This document shows positions 42,136 to 52,590 of a stretch of DNA of 64,000 bases, one piece after another. The stretch is taken from NCBI GenBank assembly GCA_963782915.1, contig CAWALK010000022.1, positions 160,001 to 224,000 on the forward strand, given 5' to 3'. Under the pieces are notes generated by a model. It saw nothing but the letters and a program-made list of their open reading frames with translations, made no database searches and was not told the origin of the DNA. Both the position numbers and the translations under genes were made by a program. Position 1 is the first letter of the stretch. The number at the start of each line of letters is the position of its first letter. This DNA comes from an uncultured archaeon (GTDB lineage: Archaea; Thermoproteota; Bathyarchaeia; Bathyarchaeales; Bathycorpusculaceae).

Positions 42136-42471
42136 ATGAGTGTTGAAGTTAAAACTGTGGGCGACGTAAAAATTATTTGTATCATGAAACGATTTGATGC
42201 TTATACTGCAAACCAGGTTGAGGCAGAATTAACAAGACTTATTGCGGAAGGTTCTCGCAAGATAGTGTGCGATTTCTCACAAACAGAGTACCTTGCCAGT
42301 GCTGGACTTCGCGTGCTCATAACTGCCACCAGAAGCCTCCAGAAAGTAGGCGGCAAAATTGTGCTCTGCTCAGTCAAGCCCTATGTGCTCGAAGTCTTCG
42401 AAATATCTGGCTTAAAGAAGATCTTCAAAATATTCGATTCCACCGACGCCGCCCTACAAGAACTAAAATAA
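42136..42471 (+). CDS. STAS-domain anti-anti-sigma factor (RsbV-like)
   Basis: DFSQTEYLASAGLRVL, VLEVFEISGL. Confidence 0.92.
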   Translation: MSVEVKTVGDVKIICIMKRFDAYTANQVEAELTRLIAEGSRKIVCDFSQTEYLASAGLRVLITATRSLQKVGGKIVLCSVKPYVLEVFEISGLKKIFKIFDSTDAALQELK

Positions 42472-42482
42472 ACGGTGCTTAA

Positions 42483-44208
42483 GATGAAATTAACCAGTTC
42501 CGATCTTCTCTTAAAATATCTTGAGAACGAAGGCGTCGAATACATATTCGGTGTCCCCGGACTCAGCTTAATCCCCCTTTTCGAGGCATGCAATCGAAAC
42601 CCAAAGATCAAGCCGATCCTCGCCAAACACGAGGAAGGAGCCGCATTCATGGCAGACGGCTATGCCCGAGTCAAGGGAACCTTAGGCGTATGCTTTGCTA
42701 CCTCAGGTCCAGGCGCAACTAACCTCATAACTGGAGTTGCAACCTCCTATCTCGATAACATCCCAGTTATGGTATTAACTGGTCAAGTTGCAACTTCGTT
42801 ATCAGGCGGCGGCGCTTTTCAGGATTCCACCAAAAACGGTGTCGACTCGGTAGCCATGTTTGACCCAATTACAAAGTACAGCACTATGATTCTTTCTAAG
42901 TATAGAGCTCCTGAAGAGATCCGTGAAGCCCTCAGAATGGCATTAACGGGCAAAAAAGGCCCCGTACATTTGAGTATGCCCAAAGACGTGATGGCTGAAG
43001 AGATAGAATCCGAACTACCAACATCTACCTCGTATAGGCCGCCTGCTGAGTACTTTGATCGCCGCATGGTGATTGAAGCCGCAGAGCAACTCGTAAACGC
43101 ACAAAACCCTGTAATCTTGGTGGGCAGCGGCGCAGTGGCATCTGGGGCTTGTGAAGAAATCCGTGATTTAGCTGAAACTCTGCGCATCCCAGTTGCGACT
43201 TCACCCAAAGCAAAAGGAGCCTTCCCAGAAGATCATCCACTATCCTTGGGTGTGCTTGGTTTCTGCGGTTCTCCTGTTGCGGAAAACTGTCTAACTTCCG
43301 GTCAAACCGATGTGCTATTAGTTATTGGGTCTAGCCTAAACCAGATGACAACTATGTCATGGGACCCACGCTTAGCGCCAACCAAATGTTTAATCCATAT
43401 AAACATTGACGCGACCGAAATCGGCAGAAACTACAAAGTCGATATTCCATTGGTTGGCGATGCCCGAACAATTATTAACGAAATCTCTTTCCGCATCATG
43501 AAATACATTGTGGATGAGCAAAGCCCAAAATGTGACGGAGCGGCAAGGGTTGCAGCTATACGACAGAAGGTCGGGATATGCGTATCACCCGAAAAGATGG
43601 AATCCAATAATATTCCAGTTTTGCCTCAACGCATGGTCAAGGAATTAGAACGTGCCTTGCCAGAAGACGCCATTCTATTCGTTGACACAGGAAATCCCAT
43701 GTGCTGGGCTATTCACCATATGCAAGTCCGAAGACCAGACTCGTTCATCTGTCCCTTCGGTCTTTTAACCATGGGTTACTCTACTGCCGCAGCTATAGGC
43801 GGAAAATTAGCTGCACCAAACCGTCCAGTTGTATCTCTAGTTGGGGATGGTTGCTTCTTGATGAATGGCATGGAAGTAGCTACAGCCGTCAGCTATGATA
43901 TACCAGTCGTCTGGATAGTGCAGAATAACGCAAAACTTGGTTTGGTCCATGAGTTCCAGAGGTTGAACTTTGGCGAAAAAACAGTTGTTACCAGATTCAA
44001 GCCGATTGACGCTGCCAAAGTGGCTGAAGGATTAGGTGCCAAAGGGTACCATATCGAGCGGCCAGGTGAACTTGAAGCATTATTGCCTAAAGTTATTGAA
44101 GAGAATAAGCCGGCTGTTATCGACTGCAGAATTGCTGATGAGGTACCGCCGCTTGCTCCATTTGTTCAGGGCCTCAAGAACTTCTCCAGCCGCCTAGAAA
44201 ATATGTAA
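42483..44208 (+). CDS. Thiamine diphosphate-dependent enzyme, acetolactate synthase large subunit family
   Basis: FGVPG, KHEEGAAFMADGYAR, TSGPGATN, GDGCFLM...NN ThDP motif. Confidence 0.92.
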
Positions 44209-44491
44209 GCCCTTCCGACTTCCTTGGGCTATTTTTTTTATTTCTCTATTTGATTGAAGGGATCAGAGAAACTTCTGGAGAGAATTGATGATCTCAAAAT
44301 AGTATCGTCACATTGAAATTAGAATAGTTGGCGAAGTTCTTAGGTATTGTTCTAATCATTTAGTTTTGTAAAGTAACCGCCAGTTTTTGGTAATGGATGT
44401 TTTGTAGTGCTGTGGCTGTTGGTAACAAACGCATTGTTTTAAATATCAACCGCTGAAAAGTAAGGAAGCACAAACAAGGAGATAAGAAAAA

Positions 44492-47103
44492 TTGAATAAA
44501 AAAATCTTTGCAATTTTGCTTTTTTTGGCTTTTAGCATTAGGAACATTTGCAGCTATACCAAATGAAGTAAACGTACAAGCAGCAACAGCAGCAACACAA
44601 AAGACCTATTCAATTACTGATGCAATCCCCGACAAAATCGGCCTTGGCGAAACAACACTTCTCAAAACCGGTATTACACAAGCACTAAACGCAGCCGAAG
44701 ATGGTTGGAGCGGCCTCACAATCACAGTCACAAAACCAGACGGCACAAACACAACATTGGGACCATTCAAGTCAGACTCGACAGGTTCAACCTTCACCCA
44801 ATACACACCAGACGCAGTAGGCACCTACACTATAACAAGCAACTTCCCACAACAAGAAATGCCAGTAAACACAGACGACGCAGAAAGAGGCATAACTATT
44901 CCTAAGGGAACCATCATGCTTGCAAGCAGTGCATCATGCACATTAGTCGTAACAAATGAGCCTTCACCAGTATATCCTGGTCATTCCCTTCCAACTGAAT
45001 ACTGGAGTCGCCCAATCGACCCACAGCTTAGAGAATGGTTCAGCATCTCAGGTAACTGGGTTCAACGACCAGACAATTCATTAGCACTCTTCAATGACGA
45101 TGCACCAGACACAGCACACGTACTATGGGCTCAAGATTTAACAACCGGCGGTATGTCAGGCGGTCTCATCAGGCCCTGGTCAAGTTCACTGCAGGAATGA
45201 ACTCAGGCGACGCATACGAAGGCAAATTCTCCAACTCAGTCATACTCAACGGAAAACTCTATCTACAACACTGGACCCGCACCAGGCTTTTACGGTTCAC
45301 TTGGCATCAATGTAACGTCAAAGCAGTTGACCTACACACAGGCGAGGAACTCTGGGTTAAAAAACGACACACTTCCTATCCTTTGGTCAAGAATTCTACT
45401 GGAACAGCTACAACGTAGATGGTGTATACAGTTATCTTTGACAACATCACCACTTATGATCCACCATTCTTCATCCCAAAAACCACTTGGACTGCATACG
45501 ACCCCTTTGAATGGCTTCTATGGTGCTTCACTTTCGAGAATGTTCCCTCAGGAACAGCAAATCTATGGCCCAAGCGGCGAAATCCTGATCTATCAAATTG
45601 ACTACGTAAACAACCGACTGATGCTTTGGAACTCAACCCTCTGCGGATCTACAAAATGCAGCGCCAGATTCACCTGATCTACGGTAGTTGGGCAAGCAAC
45701 GTCATGATGAAAACATTCGATGCATCAAATCCAAAATGCTACTCTTGGAACGTCTCTATCCCAGCGGGCTTGAAACAGAAGCACATACATTCGGGGCATC
45801 AATCGCGAAGATCTACGATGACAGAATATGTCTGCATTATTCTTCAACCAAACAATGGTAAGAGTATGGGCAATAAACACTGAAGACTTAACAAAAACAT
45901 CCACATCAACTCTCAACTGCTATTCGATCAAACCTGGGCTGCACCAACCGAATGGCTTGCATGGCTCAAACACTCTACATTACACAGGCGCAACAAATTA
46001 TGTATCACAGACAGTACATACGGCGACGGTGTCATAGCAGTATGGGACAAAGAATTAAGAACCCACTATGGCTTTAGCATCACAACTGGTAAATACCTCT
46101 GGGCAACTGGCTCTGAAATCTATTCCGATGCTTACGGTTGGGGTAATGCAGAACACACTTGGTACTTTGCTTATGGCAAATTGTACTCAGTGGGTGTCGG
46201 CGGTATCCTCTATGCTTATGACCTTGCAAACAGGATGACACAGCATGGACATACAATCTAACTGACGCCCAACTGGAGAACCCGTCACAGGCAACAACTG
46301 GTGGGGCTGGATTGACCTAATTGCTGATGGCAAAATCTACATCGGCACACTTGAACACTCAGCTGAGAACCCACTACCAAGAGGCGCACCCTACATCGCA
46401 GTTAACGCAACCGACGGCAGCTGAAATCTTGCCGTGTCAACGGTATGTTCCGTGAAACCAGATGGGGCGGTAACGGCATCATCGCTGATAGCATCATCGC
46501 AACCATGGACACATACGACCAACGCGTATATGCAATCGGCAAAGGCCCAACACAACTAACAATTGACGTACCAGGTATCGGCGTAGCATCAGGACAAAGC
46601 ATCATGATACAAGGCACAGTTAACCGACACATCACCAGGCACCTCAGACTTACGCATTAACCTCAAGATTCCCCAACGGTGTCCCTGCAGTATCTGACGA
46701 CAGCCAAAGCCAATGGATGCTCTATGTATACAAACAATTTGAACGCCCAACAAACACTACTGGCGTTGAAGTAATCTTAACTGCTTTGGACCCTAATGGT
46801 AACTATATCACCCTCGGCTCGACTACAACGGATGCAAGCGGCACCTTCGGATACAACTGGGCAACACCTGACATTCCAGGCAAGTACACGATCACTGCCA
46901 TATTCGCTGGCTCCTCGGCATACTATTCTTCAAATGCACAAACATACGCTATCATAGAGTCTGCACCTGAACCCACCGCTGAACCAACAAAAACACCAAC
47001 GGCAATCTCAGAAACCTACTTTGTACCTGCAATTGGGGGTATATTCATTGCAATAGTAGTAGGTTTCGTGTTGATGCTATTAGTACTCAGGAAACGACCA
47101 TAA
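44492..47103 (+). CDS. PQQ-like beta-propeller cell-surface protein (paralog 2; many frameshifts)
   Basis: LPTEYWSRPI, DLHTGEELW, YDQRVYAIGKGP, RFPNGVPAVSD, C-terminal TM ending RKRP; TTG start after AAGGAG. Confidence 0.85.
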
Positions 47104-47164
47104 GGTGAAAACGAAATGAAAAACACCCTTTCCCTTCCTTTTTTTAGTTTCAATTTATGTTTCA

Positions 47165-47280
47165 GGCTGGGGCTGAGTGGGCTTCTGGACTACTGTTTTA
47201 CGCGGTGTTTGCGATCATCGTGTTTGCATTTTTCTTCTCTCCTTAAGAATAAATGTCTAGGCGCCTCAGTAAACCCAGTT
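47165..47280 (+). ncRNA. Putative structured sRNA with anti-SD/anti-start loop, copy 2
   Basis: GGCTGGG/CCCAGTT, GCTGA/TCAGT, CTGGAC/GTCTAG, CGCGGTG/CATCGTG (with G-U pairs); loop TTTGCATTTTTCTTCTCTCCTTA. Confidence 0.7.
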
Positions 47281-47317
47281 TAAACCTTTTTTCGTTTTCT
47301 TTTTCTTGAAATAATTA

Positions 47318-47392
47318 GGCGCCGGGGTTAAGGACTCGAACCCCTGTGGGCATGAAGCCTCTGGCTATCTTGCCATTTCTGGCTCTTGCCCT
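47318..47392 (-). repeat. Degenerate duplicate of tRNA-Ser 3' half plus part of its intron (att-like direct repeat)
   Basis: Aligns to 51121-51195; TCTTGCCATTTCTGGCTCTTGCCCT is identical. Confidence 0.88.
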
Positions 47393-47672
47393 TACGATAG
47401 GTTTTTTTTAATGTGGGTTTTTTGCATGCGCTACTTTGGTACTTTATGGCTTAATTTTAGCAACGAGAATTGTAAAAGGCAAAACTGATTTAGCAAAGAA
47501 TGGTTTGTGCCTTATCTTTCGTTTATGAATAAAAATAAGAAAAAATGCTATATTCGTAATCGTTATTCATAATTATACTTAATTTTATGGCAAGTTTTAA
47601 GCATATTTGCAAAACCATAAATACGCAAAGGAAACAAAAAAAGAAGCCATAGACATAGGAGATAAGAAAAAA

Positions 47673-50393
47673 TTGCATGTATTAAAAAAAATTGCAACAA
47701 TAATGTCTGTATTGTTAATTGCTTGTATTGTAACTTCTATATTCGCAGCACCATTGGCAACTGGCCAGGTAACCTTGCCGCCTGGCACACATATTGCGAC
47801 TTATGCAAACATTAACGTGGCACCCAACCCAATCGGCGTTGGACAAACAGTCAACGTAAACTTCTACCTTGCGTCACCATTAATCGACAGTAGCAGGCCA
47901 ACAAACATGACAGTTAAAGTCACTGACCCAAGTGGCAACGTCCAAATGAAAGGTCCATACACCGGCGATACAACTGGCGGAACCTTCTTCAACTTCGTTC
48001 CAGACAAAGTCGGCAACTGGACATTCCAACTGTTCTACGGCGGACAACTCACAGTAGGCAGCTCGGGATTCGGAGGAGGACCACCAACTAACGCCAAACT
48101 CATACAAGACCCCAGCGAAAGTAAAGTCTACACGCTTTTAGTACAAGAAGAACCCATAGTACAAACCGGCTACCCACTGACTCCGCTACCAACAAGCTAC
48201 TGGGAGACACCAGTGTCGGCTCAGAACGTCCAGAACTGGTACAAGATTATGGGCCCCTGGCTAGGACTTGGAACCATCACCTTTGCCTCAACGGGCGCAT
48301 ACAACGTCAGCAGCCTATGTAACCCCTACACGCCATCAGTAACATCCGGACACATCATCTGGACGAAAACATGGGGCGCAGGCGGTGTCGTAGGCGGCAG
48401 CGCAGGCGGAACCGAAGATTCAGGCAGCTACTGGTCAACAAGGCAGTACTGGCCACAGTATGCACCAGTCATCATGAACGGCAAAATGTACTCGACATAC
48501 TACCCAGAAACCACAGGCTACTCAAACGGCATAGTATGCACAGACCTCTACACTGGCGAAACGCTTTGGAAAATCAACACAACCGCTGTCCTTCGATGCG
48601 GAATGACGACACAGTGGAAGACTCCAAACATGTACGGCGTAGTCGGCCCATATATTTGGACTACAGGTAACTTACCCGCTTCAGAAACCGGCGGAAAACT
48701 TATCCAAAGCTCAGGCACTGAAATGGGCATGTTTGGTCCAGCGCAAAAAACAGCATACAACCTGTATTCTGCTGAAACAGGACAATACGTCCTAAGCATC
48801 GTTAACGCTTCGGCCATGACACTTAAAGAAGATTCTCAGGGAGATATAATTGGCTACTATCTTAACAGTACTGTTGGAACAATGAGAATATACGGTAATG
48901 CCCCACAAATGGGCACACAACCTCTGGTTCAAACAGTAAACATCACTGCAGGCAAACCAGTCTTATGCTGCTTCAACTTCACACAGGCACTCGGCAACTC
49001 TTGGGGATGGTCTCCATCACAGAACACCGCAATTGACTTCGGTCTAGGTGTAATGTGGGCGAAGCCAGTACCAACCGAAATCAACGGAAAACCAATCTTC
49101 CCAGCACTCGCTATGGATGCAATCAACCCACTAGGCGGCGACGCAGTAGTACTAACAGGCGGATACACCATCATGCAAGGAGGCGGAGACGAAACATGCG
49201 GTTGGCTAGTAGTAGCTTCCATGGATGACACAACCGGCGATGTCTTGATGTGCAAGAACTTCACATACGCAGACGGCTACCAATCATTACTGCCTTACAC
49301 GAGGACAACCAGCTGCAACGTCGATGGAAACAGAGTGATAGCCAACGTGGTTAACAACAAAATCGACGCCTTCAACATACGCACCGGAGCTAAAGCATGG
49401 TCATCAACCCTCGACACTCCATCAGGCTCTACAAACACCTACGACTCGTTCGGCTTCAAAGCTGCACCAGTAAACGGCAAACTGCTCCTCTTCGGTTTAG
49501 GCGGAGACATCTGGGCATACAACGGTAAAACAGGCGCAGAAGAGTGGTACACCAACACAACCGGCTTAATCGGCGACTCAGGCATCGAAACACCATACGG
49601 TACATGGCCACTATGGGTATTTAGTTCACAAGCCTATACACCAGAAGTCGCATACCTCGCAATCGGTCACGAATACAACCCGCCACTATTCCACGGAGGA
49701 CAACTATTAGCAGTCAACATGACTGACGGCACACTAGTCTGGAGTGAACTAGGCGCCTACATCCGATCAGTAGCAATCGCAAACGGCGTCCTACTATCCC
49801 TAAACGCTTATGACAACCAGATTTACGCATTCAGCAAAGGGCCAACCAAGATAACCATTGACGCACCGAGCATTGGAGTAACAACTGCCACGCCGATACG
49901 CATCACAGGAACCATAACCGACGTTTCAGCAGGCGTTACACAATCAGAAGTAGCTAAGAACTTCCCCAACGGCGTACCCTGCGTATCTGATGCAAGCCAA
50001 AGTAAATTCATGGAACACGTCTACCAAGACCAGCCAGCACCAACCGACACCACAGGCGTTCCAATCACCTTGAGCGTCGTTGACCAAAACGGCAACTACC
50101 GCACAATCGGCGCTACTATGAGTACTCCAACCGGTTCATTTGGTATCACTTGGACACCGGATATTCAAGGGGACTATCAAATCTACGCAAGCTTTGAAGG
50201 CTCCAATTCGTACTGGCCAACATCAGCCGGAACATCCTTCTACGCAGGCGAAGCCCCAACAGCAGCCCCAACCCAAGTAGCAGCACAGACAGTTGACAAC
50301 ACTATGCTCATCGTTGCTATCGGCACTGCAATCATCATTGCTATCGCGATTGTAGGAGCAGTTCTACTGCTCGCTATAAGAAAACGCCCATAA
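47673..50393 (+). CDS. PQQ-like beta-propeller cell-surface protein (paralog 3)
   Basis: PNPIGVGQ, PLPTSYWETPV, DLYTGETLW, YDNQIYAFSKGP, NFPNGVPCVSD, TM + RKRP; TTG 47673 after AGGAG. Confidence 0.88.
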   Translation: MHVLKKIATIMSVLLIACIVTSIFAAPLATGQVTLPPGTHIATYANINVAPNPIGVGQTVNVNFYLASPLIDSSRPTNMTVKVTDPSGNVQMKGPYTGDTTGGTFFNFVPDKVGNWTFQLFYGGQLTVGSSGFGGGPPTNAKLIQDPSESKVYTLLVQEEPIVQTGYPLTPLPTSYWETPVSAQNVQNWYKIMGPWLGLGTITFASTGAYNVSSLCNPYTPSVTSGHIIWTKTWGAGGVVGGSAGGTEDSGSYWSTRQYWPQYAPVIMNGKMYSTYYPETTGYSNGIVCTDLYTGETLWKINTTAVLRCGMTTQWKTPNMYGVVGPYIWTTGNLPASETGGKLIQSSGTEMGMFGPAQKTAYNLYSAETGQYVLSIVNASAMTLKEDSQGDIIGYYLNSTVGTMRIYGNAPQMGTQPLVQTVNITAGKPVLCCFNFTQALGNSWGWSPSQNTAIDFGLGVMWAKPVPTEINGKPIFPALAMDAINPLGGDAVVLTGGYTIMQGGGDETCGWLVVASMDDTTGDVLMCKNFTYADGYQSLLPYTRTTSCNVDGNRVIANVVNNKIDAFNIRTGAKAWSSTLDTPSGSTNTYDSFGFKAAPVNGKLLLFGLGGDIWAYNGKTGAEEWYTNTTGLIGDSGIETPYGTWPLWVFSSQAYTPEVAYLAIGHEYNPPLFHGGQLLAVNMTDGTLVWSELGAYIRSVAIANGVLLSLNAYDNQIYAFSKGPTKITIDAPSIGVTTATPIRITGTITDVSAGVTQSEVAKNFPNGVPCVSDASQSKFMEHVYQDQPAPTDTTGVPITLSVVDQNGNYRTIGATMSTPTGSFGITWTPDIQGDYQIYASFEGSNSYWPTSAGTSFYAGEAPTAAPTQVAAQTVDNTMLIVAIGTAIIIAIAIVGAVLLLAIRKRP

Positions 50394-50565
50394 GGTAAAG
50401 AGACAAATTCTCTTCCTTCTCTTTTTCCTTTATTTTTTTCTTTTTTAGTGAATTAATTTTTCTGATTTTTAAGTTTCGTTAATCATCAATATTCATTTTT
50501 TTAAAGATGGATTGGGATTCCACAAATTAATTATAATTGGCAATAGTTAGCTATAGTGACCTATA

Positions 50566-50799
50566 ATGTCTGACGAAGATGTAACTACAATACAACTCAA
50601 GAAAGCAGTAGTTAAGGAGCTCAAAAGCATTCGAAAGTATCCAAGAGAGACATACAACGAAACAATTCTAAACTTAATAAAAACAGCAAAAGAGTCAAGG
50701 AAAAAAAGACAATACGACGAATTTCTCCACAAAATCCAGCAAGCGAAGATGAAAGAGCTATGGGATAACGAGGAAGACGAGGCTTGGGAAAATGCCTAA
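50566..50799 (+). CDS. Putative antitoxin (RHH-like)
   Basis: TTIQL...ETYNETI N-terminus, acidic WDNEEDEAW C-terminus; overlaps the toxin gene. Confidence 0.75.
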   Translation: MSDEDVTTIQLKKAVVKELKSIRKYPRETYNETILNLIKTAKESRKKRQYDEFLHKIQQAKMKELWDNEEDEAWENA

Positions 50800-51109
50800 G
50801 CCCGGCGACGTTATACTGGCAACGGTTCAGTTTACAGACACAGATGACGTGAAAGTGCGGCCAGCAGTAGTCTTATTTAAGGAGTTGGGAAACGTCGTGG
50901 TAGCAGGCATAACAAGCAACCTCAAAATGAAGGGGATACCGTTAACCAAAAGTGAAGGCGCCATAAAAGACAGCGTCATAAAACTCAACTACATCTTTAC
51001 TATCTCAAACGAGATGGCAACCAAAGTCCTCTTTCACCTTAGCACAGAAAAGAAACGATTAATTTTTGAAGAGCTAACTAAAAGAATAGCACACCTCAAA
51101 CTCAATTAG
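50792..51109 (+). CDS. PemK/MazF-family toxin
   Basis: GDVIL..QFTD...KVRPAVVL...ITSN. Confidence 0.85.
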   Translation: MPKPGDVILATVQFTDTDDVKVRPAVVLFKELGNVVVAGITSNLKMKGIPLTKSEGAIKDSVIKLNYIFTISNEMATKVLFHLSTEKKRLIFEELTKRIAHLKLN

Positions 51110-51119
51110 AAACGAAAGT

Positions 51120-51244
51120 TGGCGCCGGGGAAGGGACTCGAACCCCTGCGAGCACGAAGCCCACCAGCTGTCTTGCCATTTCTGGCTCTTGCCCTCGTTT
51201 GTTTGATCTCGAGGCTGGCGCGATAACCACTCCGCCACCCCGGC
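51120..51244 (-). tRNA. tRNA-Ser(CGA) with ~38-nt intron at 37/38 (about 51170-51207)
   Basis: GCCGGGG acceptor stem, CCAGC/GCTGG anticodon stem, CT-CGA-G loop, long variable arm, GGTTCGAGTCCC, encoded CCA. Confidence 0.92.
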
Positions 51245-51440
51245 TCCGCAGATTACTCTGCGTTTCCCTCTAAAAGAGTTTTCAGTGCAAAAACTATCCA
51301 TTGATTGATTTTCATTGGCTTAGTCTGAGGCTAGCAGATGCTGAGTAGATTTCTGGGTTTTTGCGCATATGCTGACAAAAGTTTTTTCCCAACTCAACGA
51401 ATGGTATTGTTTACGAATTTTGCAATTGGCTTGTTTAGTC

Positions 51441-51680
51441 TATTTTATAGGGGAGGGGGTATATGTTTGAGGTAGGTAGGTCGGGTCGTGGCTTTCGAGC
51501 CCAGAACTGCTTAGCTGCAAAACAGATGCCTGATACTCTAACAATTCAGCGTATAACTGTACAAATCCCACAGCTCCAAACCAGCATACACCCGCTTCCG
51601 CTTTATTTTTGTCTGCATTCATTGAGCCTATAAATAGAGGGGGTAGAGGAAAAAACGCAACAGACCCATAAGCCATATGT
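51441..51680 (+). repeat. Dispersed intergenic repeat copy
   Basis: TTGAGCCTATAAATAGAGGGGG at 51622 with flanks similar to 34110-34205 and 55885-55946(-). Confidence 0.7.
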
Positions 51681-51856
51681 GCTTAAGGATTATACTCAGC
51701 CAACCAGCAAAGCCCAAAACCATAACCCCTCTGCTGCTTTTAGTTTACAAAGCCTCTCAGCGACAAATTAAGAAAACAGAAAAACACCGTTATGGCACAA
51801 CATTAATTAGTTAAAAACCATAATAGCCATACAACACAAAAAGGAATTGAAATCCA

Positions 51857-52027
51857 ATGGGTATGCGAAGAAAAAAGAAAGATTCAGGTCCAATGCCCGC
51901 TGCAAGTGCAGGATTGCTACGCTTCTTCGAAGAAGAAACCGAAGGCATTAAAATCCGCCCAGAAATACTTGTAGCCTTAGCAGTAACATTAATCGTTGTT
52001 TCAGTTGTAGCTCAAATCTTCAAATAA
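51857..52027 (+). CDS. secG: Preprotein translocase subunit Sec61beta/SecG
   Basis: Manual translation MGMRRKKKDSGPMPAASAGLLRFFEEETEGIKIRPE plus one TM. Confidence 0.9.
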   Translation: MGMRRKKKDSGPMPAASAGLLRFFEEETEGIKIRPEILVALAVTLIVVSVVAQIFK

Positions 52028-52053
52028 ACAAAGTATTTTTTATTAATTTATTT

Positions 52054-52350
52054 TTATTTGCTGCTTCTAGGTGGATTAGTATGCAGCACTTCAATTCTCT
52101 GAACACTGTTTAGGTGCAGGAAAAGGTCGTCTCTTTCTTCGCGGCTTGCAACCTGCGGAACTGGCTGAGCAATGGTTGAACGCAGAACAATTGCTTCTGT
52201 CTCGGATAGCCATATGCCTGAGGGTTCATGCGTAACCGCAACTAAGGTACCTTCAAAACCGTAAGCTGGGTCTAGAACTACTCTGACTTTTTTGCCCACA
52301 TTTCGCTCGAGCATAAGGAAGATTGATGGGGGCAATTGTTGGTCTTGCAT
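52054..52350 (-). CDS. Sm/Lsm-like protein
   Basis: LERNVGKKVRVVL...FEGTLVAV...IWLSE...LFLHLNSVQRI, Sm1/Sm2 pattern. Confidence 0.7.
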   Translation of the reverse strand: MQDQQLPPSIFLMLERNVGKKVRVVLDPAYGFEGTLVAVTHEPSGIWLSETEAIVLRSTIAQPVPQVASREERDDLFLHLNSVQRIEVLHTNPPRSSK

Positions 52351-52590
52351 ATTTAGACTTCGCGGAATAGTAAGATACGTCTTCTAGAGATAAAACAGTT
52401 ACCCTCAAAAGGCATGGATTAATCTGCAGCACAAGAGCAAATCCGTCCTTTTCCAGCAACATCCTTTGCTAGGTTTATGCCAAAACAAAACAGCATACCC
52501 TTGGCATTATAGAAAAACCTGTACTATCTGGTAAGCTTTAGCTGGGCTAAATTTTAATAGGGCTATCTAATTCCATAGTGAAGACAAGAA

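Larger units (their letters stand above)
47318..51195. mobile_element. Small tRNA-integrated island remnant (~3.9 kb), no integrase seen
   Basis: Bounded by tRNA-Ser direct repeats; cargo is a surface-protein gene and a TA pair. Confidence 0.7.

Noticed and set aside
37274-50393. Diversity-generating retroelement or invertible cassette acting on the surface paralogs
   Set aside because: No reverse transcriptase, recombinase, TR/VR pair or flanking inverted repeats visible in the window
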